Of a stretch of 64,000 bases of DNA, positions 59,694 to 64,000 are shown piece after piece. The position numbers and the translations under genes are program-made. Each line of letters opens with the position of its first letter. Position 1 is the stretch's first letter. This stretch comes from Methanomassiliicoccaceae archaeon (lineage in GTDB: Archaea; Thermoplasmatota; Thermoplasmata; Methanomassiliicoccales; Methanomassiliicoccaceae). The stretch spans positions 704,001 to 768,000 of the forward strand of contig JAXGZN010000001.1 of the NCBI GenBank assembly GCA_040776945.1. Reading direction: 5' to 3'. Below the pieces are notes generated by a model, which did not search any database, was not told where the DNA came from, and worked only from the letters and a program-made list of their open reading frames with translations.

Positions 59694-60911
59694 TCACCCC
59701 TCGGGCGGAAGGTCCAGCGTGGCCATCCTCCGCCCGATCATGAACATCGCCGCGTATACTGGCACCTCGCACAGGCCGTCCACCTCGAACCTCCGCCCCT
59801 TGATCTCGACGACCGAGGGCTGGCGCACGAAGACCTCCACCGGACGGTCCGGGTACAGCGAGGGCACGGCGTCCCGCAGCGGGTCGAACTCGTCCAGCTC
59901 CTCCCGGTCCATCGGGATGACGCAGAGCCCGGTCTTGCCGTGCAGCGACCACGGCAGGCGGATGAGGCGCTTGATGTCGCTGGTGACCGGCTCGTCGATC
60001 TCGGCGCTGAAGCGCGGCCTCACCTCCTCGTCCATCAGCCTGAGGAACAGGTCCAGGTGGCGGCGGTCGGAGAAGCTGGAGAGCGAGCAACCGGACAGCA
60101 TGAGGTCCGCGCCGTCCCTGGACCCGCTCTTTGCGTACAGGTCGCGCAGCATGCCCTCGATGATGGCGTCGGACGAGGCGCTAAGCGCCGGCAGCCTTGC
60201 CCGCAGGTCCGGCAGGTCGCGGGAGCGCATCTCCTCCACCAGCCATATCATGCCGCGGCGCATCCGGCGGCGCCATCCGCCCGAGGCCTCCGGGGGCAGG
60301 GAGCGCACCCTGCTCTCCTGCACGATCCCCTTGATCGTGCGGGAAGCGGTGGTTCTCTCGGGGAACACCCACTCCAGGCTGAGGTCCGTGCCTGCGATGT
60401 AGTCCACGATCTCCCTCCGCTCGTGGCTCCGGAGACCCGCCAGCCGGGCGTCCATAACGTGGATGTGATATCCCCTCCCGCCAGAGAACACGATCCTCAG
60501 GTGGGACGCGTCGAATCCGAGGTCGCCGAGCAGGAAATCGTCGATCAGCCGCAACAGCTCGACCTTGATGCGAGCGAGCATGTCCCGGTAGGACATCGAG
60601 TCCGCGCCCTTGACATGGTCGGCGTCCAGGTCGAATATGAGGTCCGCTCCCAGCCACCGCTTCTCGTCCATCGTGGGTGCGCCCGGGAACTGGTAGTACG
60701 CGGACGAGTAGTAAGCGTGGGACGGGACCTGGCCCTGAAGGTAGGAGTGCAGCTCCCCTGGCTCCTCGAACCCGATGTGCCGCTGCACGAAGTCCCGGTC
60801 GAAGAACATGAAGCCAAACTCCCTCCGGTCCATCCTCTCCGGCGGCCTGGGCGGCCGGCTCGAGTAGTACCTGTGGAACCATCCCATCATGAACTCCCGG
60901 TCCGGGTCCAT
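59694..60911 (-). CDS. priS: DNA primase small (catalytic) subunit
   Basis: REFGF, ADLIFDLDADH, FSGGRGYH, DEPVTSDIKRLIRLP.SLHGKTG. Confidence 0.95.
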   Translation of the reverse strand: MDPDREFMMGWFHRYYSSRPPRPPERMDRREFGFMFFDRDFVQRHIGFEEPGELHSYLQGQVPSHAYYSSAYYQFPGAPTMDEKRWLGADLIFDLDADHVKGADSMSYRDMLARIKVELLRLIDDFLLGDLGFDASHLRIVFSGGRGYHIHVMDARLAGLRSHERREIVDYIAGTDLSLEWVFPERTTASRTIKGIVQESRVRSLPPEASGGWRRRMRRGMIWLVEEMRSRDLPDLRARLPALSASSDAIIEGMLRDLYAKSGSRDGADLMLSGCSLSSFSDRRHLDLFLRLMDEEVRPRFSAEIDEPVTSDIKRLIRLPWSLHGKTGLCVIPMDREELDEFDPLRDAVPSLYPDRPVEVFVRQPSVVEIKGRRFEVDGLCEVPVYAAMFMIGRRMATLDLPPEG

Positions 60912-60996
60912 CGTCGACAGGAACGGCTTGGCGCTATTTGTAACCGCCAGCCAAGCTCGCAAAGCTCTAATACCTCACGCTGGAGAACTGTCCAAC

Positions 60997-61446
60997 ATGA
61001 TGATGCAGATAGCGCTGGAGCACTTGTCCGGCGGCCCTCCTCCTTCGGCCGTGGACAGGAAGGTCCAGGGGATAGGCCTCATCCGGCACGGAGCGCTCTA
61101 CACGATCGAGGCGGGAACGGAGGAGGAGATGCGCTCCAAGATAGACCTGCTGCACGAGGCCCTGCGGGGCAGCGGGGTCCGCTATAAAATCGTCGCCAGC
61201 GAGGTGCCGTCCAGCACCACCATGGGCCTAGAGGACCTCGAAGGGCGGATGGAGGAGATAAGCTCCCAGCTGAAGCAGGGATATAGGAGCTATGACGCGC
61301 TCCAGAGCGCCATGGACATCGGCGAGATGGAGCTCGATTCAGTGCTGCAGGAGATGGTCGACCGGGGCCTGATCACCGCCCACCGCGGGGAGGAGGGCAT
61401 GGGCTACCGTCTCGCCGGCCCGACGCTGCGCGCGATGGCCCGATGA
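60997..61446 (+). CDS. hypothetical protein with a C-terminal winged-helix-like segment
   Basis: Host-like codons; LDSVLQEMVDRGLI pattern. Confidence 0.65.
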   Translation: MMMQIALEHLSGGPPPSAVDRKVQGIGLIRHGALYTIEAGTEEEMRSKIDLLHEALRGSGVRYKIVASEVPSSTTMGLEDLEGRMEEISSQLKQGYRSYDALQSAMDIGEMELDSVLQEMVDRGLITAHRGEEGMGYRLAGPTLRAMAR

Positions 61447-61856
61447 CCTCCCGGCCGGTCACCAGCCGTGCCGCCGGGACCGCCTGCGCCCAGGTCCCGA
61501 CGGGCACGGCGGCGGATAGCCAGGCGCGGCGGGGGATAGGACATCCAGGGGAACGAGGACGGACTCCGGCCGGGTGAGGCCGAAGGCCCGCACCGGAACG
61601 AGCGGAGGGGCGTCCGGAGCGAAAGCCTTCGTGCCCAGCCTCCGCTCCCCGCCTCTCACCGGGCCGGTCCACCGATCTCTCCGCGCTCTTGTCGCTCTCC
61701 CCGACATGGTCGGAAGCCACCGGGCCCGCTCCTTGGCCATGGCCATGGCGCGCGGTTCACGGCCTCCGCTGTTCACAGCCGTCAGGGGGCCTGAGAGCCG
61801 CTTCGACAAGCCTAAATACAGCATCACGAATCGATAGGGTCCGTCAGGTGATATAG

Positions 61857-62735
61857 ATGGGAGCCGTTTCCGCTAACCTCCGGGTGCTCATGATGTTCAG
61901 CTTGCTCACGGTCATCTTCGTCGCCGTGGGCTGGGCCGTGGGCACCTACTTCATGGGCAACTGGATCACCGGAGCGCTGGTGTTCCTGGTGATAGCCGCA
62001 GCTTTGAACTTCGTGTCGTACTTCTTCTCCTCCAAGATCGTCCTGGCGTCTTACCGGGCGCGCGTGGTGAACGAGGCCGAGGCCCCGAGGCTGTACCGCA
62101 TCGTCCGGCAGGTGGCAGGCATGGCCGGCATGCCCATGCCGCAGGTGGCCATCGTTCCGTCAATGAACCCCAACGCCTTCGCCACCGGCCGCAACCCGAC
62201 CCATGCCACCGTGGCGGCCACCGAGGGCATCATGCAGCTGCTCAACGATGACGAGCTGACCGGCGTGCTGGCGCACGAGATGGCCCATGTGAGGAACCGG
62301 GACATGTTGGTGATGACCGTCGCGGCCACTCTGGCCGGGGCAGTGTCCTTCGCCGCCCGCTCCTTCCTTTGGGGCAGCATGTTCGGCGGGGGGAACCGCG
62401 ACAACGGGAACTTCATAATAGCCATCATCGTCGCCATAACCGCGCCGATCGCCGCCATGCTGGTGCAGCTGGCGGTGTCCCGCAGCCGCGAGTACCTCGC
62501 GGACCGCGAGGGGGCGATGATGATCGGGCGGCCGATGGCGCTGGCGGACGCGCTGCGGAAGCTGGAGACGGGCAACAAGGCCCGCCCCATGAACATGGGG
62601 AACCCCACCTCGGCGTCGCTGTTCATCGTGAACCCCTTCCGGGGCGGCGGCCTGGTGACGCTGTTCTCCACCCACCCTCCCATGAGCGAGCGCATCCGCA
62701 GGCTCGAGGAGCTCGCCGGCGGCCTCCGCCGGTGA
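61857..62735 (+). CDS. htpX: zinc metalloprotease HtpX
   Basis: PNAFATGRNP, HEMAH, SRSREYLAD, FSTHPP. Confidence 0.96.
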   Translation: MGAVSANLRVLMMFSLLTVIFVAVGWAVGTYFMGNWITGALVFLVIAAALNFVSYFFSSKIVLASYRARVVNEAEAPRLYRIVRQVAGMAGMPMPQVAIVPSMNPNAFATGRNPTHATVAATEGIMQLLNDDELTGVLAHEMAHVRNRDMLVMTVAATLAGAVSFAARSFLWGSMFGGGNRDNGNFIIAIIVAITAPIAAMLVQLAVSRSREYLADREGAMMIGRPMALADALRKLETGNKARPMNMGNPTSASLFIVNPFRGGGLVTLFSTHPPMSERIRRLEELAGGLRR

Positions 62736-62740
62736 CCTCT

Positions 62741-63427
62741 CTACCCTACCACAAGGTCGTCCAGGAGGTTCGTCCTCCTCAGGAAGCGGTACGCCTTGTC
62801 GAGGTTGTACACCTCCGGGAGGGAGTGGTGCGCGTCCGTCCCCACGGACACCAGCACCTTGCCGTGGAACTCCCGGAAGTACCTCTCCGCCTTCTCCCAG
62901 TACATCTGCCCGTCCCGCTTGTACGGCCAGGCGGTGTTGATCTCCACGAACACCCCGAACTCGGCGATGTGGTCGGCGACGGAATCCGGAGGCCAAGGAC
63001 CGAAGTTCTTCTCGATGTCGTTGTGCGCAAGGCCGCACGGCACCTCAAGCTGGCATAGCAGCGGCTCCAGGTCGTACAGCGAGGTCCCCTCGTCCATCTC
63101 CACATACTCGAAGAGGATGTAGTCCAGGGTGTTCAGCAGGTCGATGGGGAGCGCGTTGAGGTCGCATCGCTTCTGGTTGGTGTCGATCTCCACTCCGGCA
63201 AGGATCTCCACCCGGGGGTAATGGTCCTGCAGCTCGCGCAGGGTGTTGATGTAGTTCTCCAGCTCGGAGGCGTACAGCGAGTTGCATTTGGTGGTCATCA
63301 GGTGGTCGCTGATGCCGATGTGCGTCAGGTGGTTCGCCTCCGCTGTCAGCACGATCTGCTCCGGCGTGAAGTCGCCGTCCGAGAACTTGGTGTGAGTGTG
63401 CAGGTTGATCAACGAATCTGCTCCCAT
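62741..63427 (-). CDS. PHP-domain protein
   Basis: NLHTHTKFSDG, ISDH, GVE, GTDAH. Confidence 0.9.
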   Translation of the reverse strand: MGADSLINLHTHTKFSDGDFTPEQIVLTAEANHLTHIGISDHLMTTKCNSLYASELENYINTLRELQDHYPRVEILAGVEIDTNQKRCDLNALPIDLLNTLDYILFEYVEMDEGTSLYDLEPLLCQLEVPCGLAHNDIEKNFGPWPPDSVADHIAEFGVFVEINTAWPYKRDGQMYWEKAERYFREFHGKVLVSVGTDAHHSLPEVYNLDKAYRFLRRTNLLDDLVVG

Positions 63428-63999
63428 CTCTCCAGCTCCAGCACCGCGGAAAGCGTTCCGCCGCGCTTGATCTCCTCTCTGATGCGGTTCTCCCGCTCGG
63501 CCACGTCCACGGCGCGGTTGGCGATCTCCACCGCCCTTTCCTGCGGTATCACCACCACCCCGCTGTCGTCCCCCACGATCCAGTCGCCGGAGCGCACCAG
63601 TTGCTGGCCGCATACGATCTCCAGGCCGATCCCGCCGAAGCCCTTGGGCTCGCCGGCGTTCGGCGCAACATGCTTGGAGAACGCGGGGAACCGCATCTCA
63701 TAGATGGCGTCCATGTCCCGGATGGCGCCGTCGATGACGACCCCGGCCACGCCCTTCATGCGGCAGCTCCACGCGGCCAGCTCTCCGAACACCGCGATGT
63801 CGCTGCCCCCTACGTCGATGACCAGCACGTCCCCCTCCTGGGCGCGGTCGATCGCTTCCACCGGCTTGCACCAGTCGCCCTTGGTGGTCTGAACGGTGAG
63901 CGCGCGGCCGACCATCTTGGTGCCGGGGGCGCTGCGGGGGCGGATGCCGACCATGACCCCCGCCTTGTGCATGGCGTCGGCGATGTTGCACGTGGACGC
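63409..63999 (-). CDS. RraA-family domain protein (5'-truncated; possibly the C-terminus of a hexulose-6-phosphate synthase/RraA fusion)
   Basis: STCNIADAM, AVFGEL, VIDGAIRD, GDWIVGDDSGVVVIP. Confidence 0.85.
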   Translation of the reverse strand, partial: ASTCNIADAMHKAGVMVGIRPRSAPGTKMVGRALTVQTTKGDWCKPVEAIDRAQEGDVLVIDVGGSDIAVFGELAAWSCRMKGVAGVVIDGAIRDMDAIYEMRFPAFSKHVAPNAGEPKGFGGIGLEIVCGQQLVRSGDWIVGDDSGVVVIPQERAVEIANRAVDVAERENRIREEIKRGGTLSAVLELERWEQIR

Positions 64000-64000
64000 C

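Noticed and set aside
59661-61187. 508-aa plus-strand ORF (and similar long ORFs opposite DP1, cdc48, atpB and guaAB)
   Set aside because: Antisense to well-supported genes; explained by stop-codon scarcity at high GC
61465-61700. SRP RNA or RNase P RNA assignment for the structured gap
   Set aside because: I could not find the SRP helix-8 CAGG/AGCA loop or the RNase P GAGGAAA-TCC and AACAGAA motifs on either strand

Overview
This is a GC-rich archaeal chromosomal segment. Gene content and order (TFB, Cdc6/Orc1, PolD DP1, TiaS, EndA, A-type ATP synthase HIKECFABD, rpl20e-pfdA-ftsY) suggest Thermoplasmatota, most likely a Methanomassiliicoccales methanogen; the taxonomy is an inference. Most of the window is housekeeping: purine, riboflavin and CoA enzymes, a heat-shock cluster (HSR1/Phr-like regulator, cdc48, hsp20) with two palindromic operators, a 1404-aa pilin-headed FG-GAP surface protein, the ATP synthase operon, and a probable replication origin next to cdc6 with one ORB element beyond hflX. 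The one clear accessory element is a tnpB-only IS200/IS605-family (IS1341-like) insertion at about 8044-9346. Its RuvC D-E-D triad is intact, but the ORF is broken by an in-frame amber codon and a G9 frameshift. Its predicted omega-RNA ends in a 16-nt guide that exactly matches a TCAC-preceded site 5 nt downstream, in the last codons of guaAB. Those codons also show anomalous A/T-ending usage. I could not support any rRNA, tRNA or CRISPR array. All product calls come from motif recognition by eye; no database searches were run.
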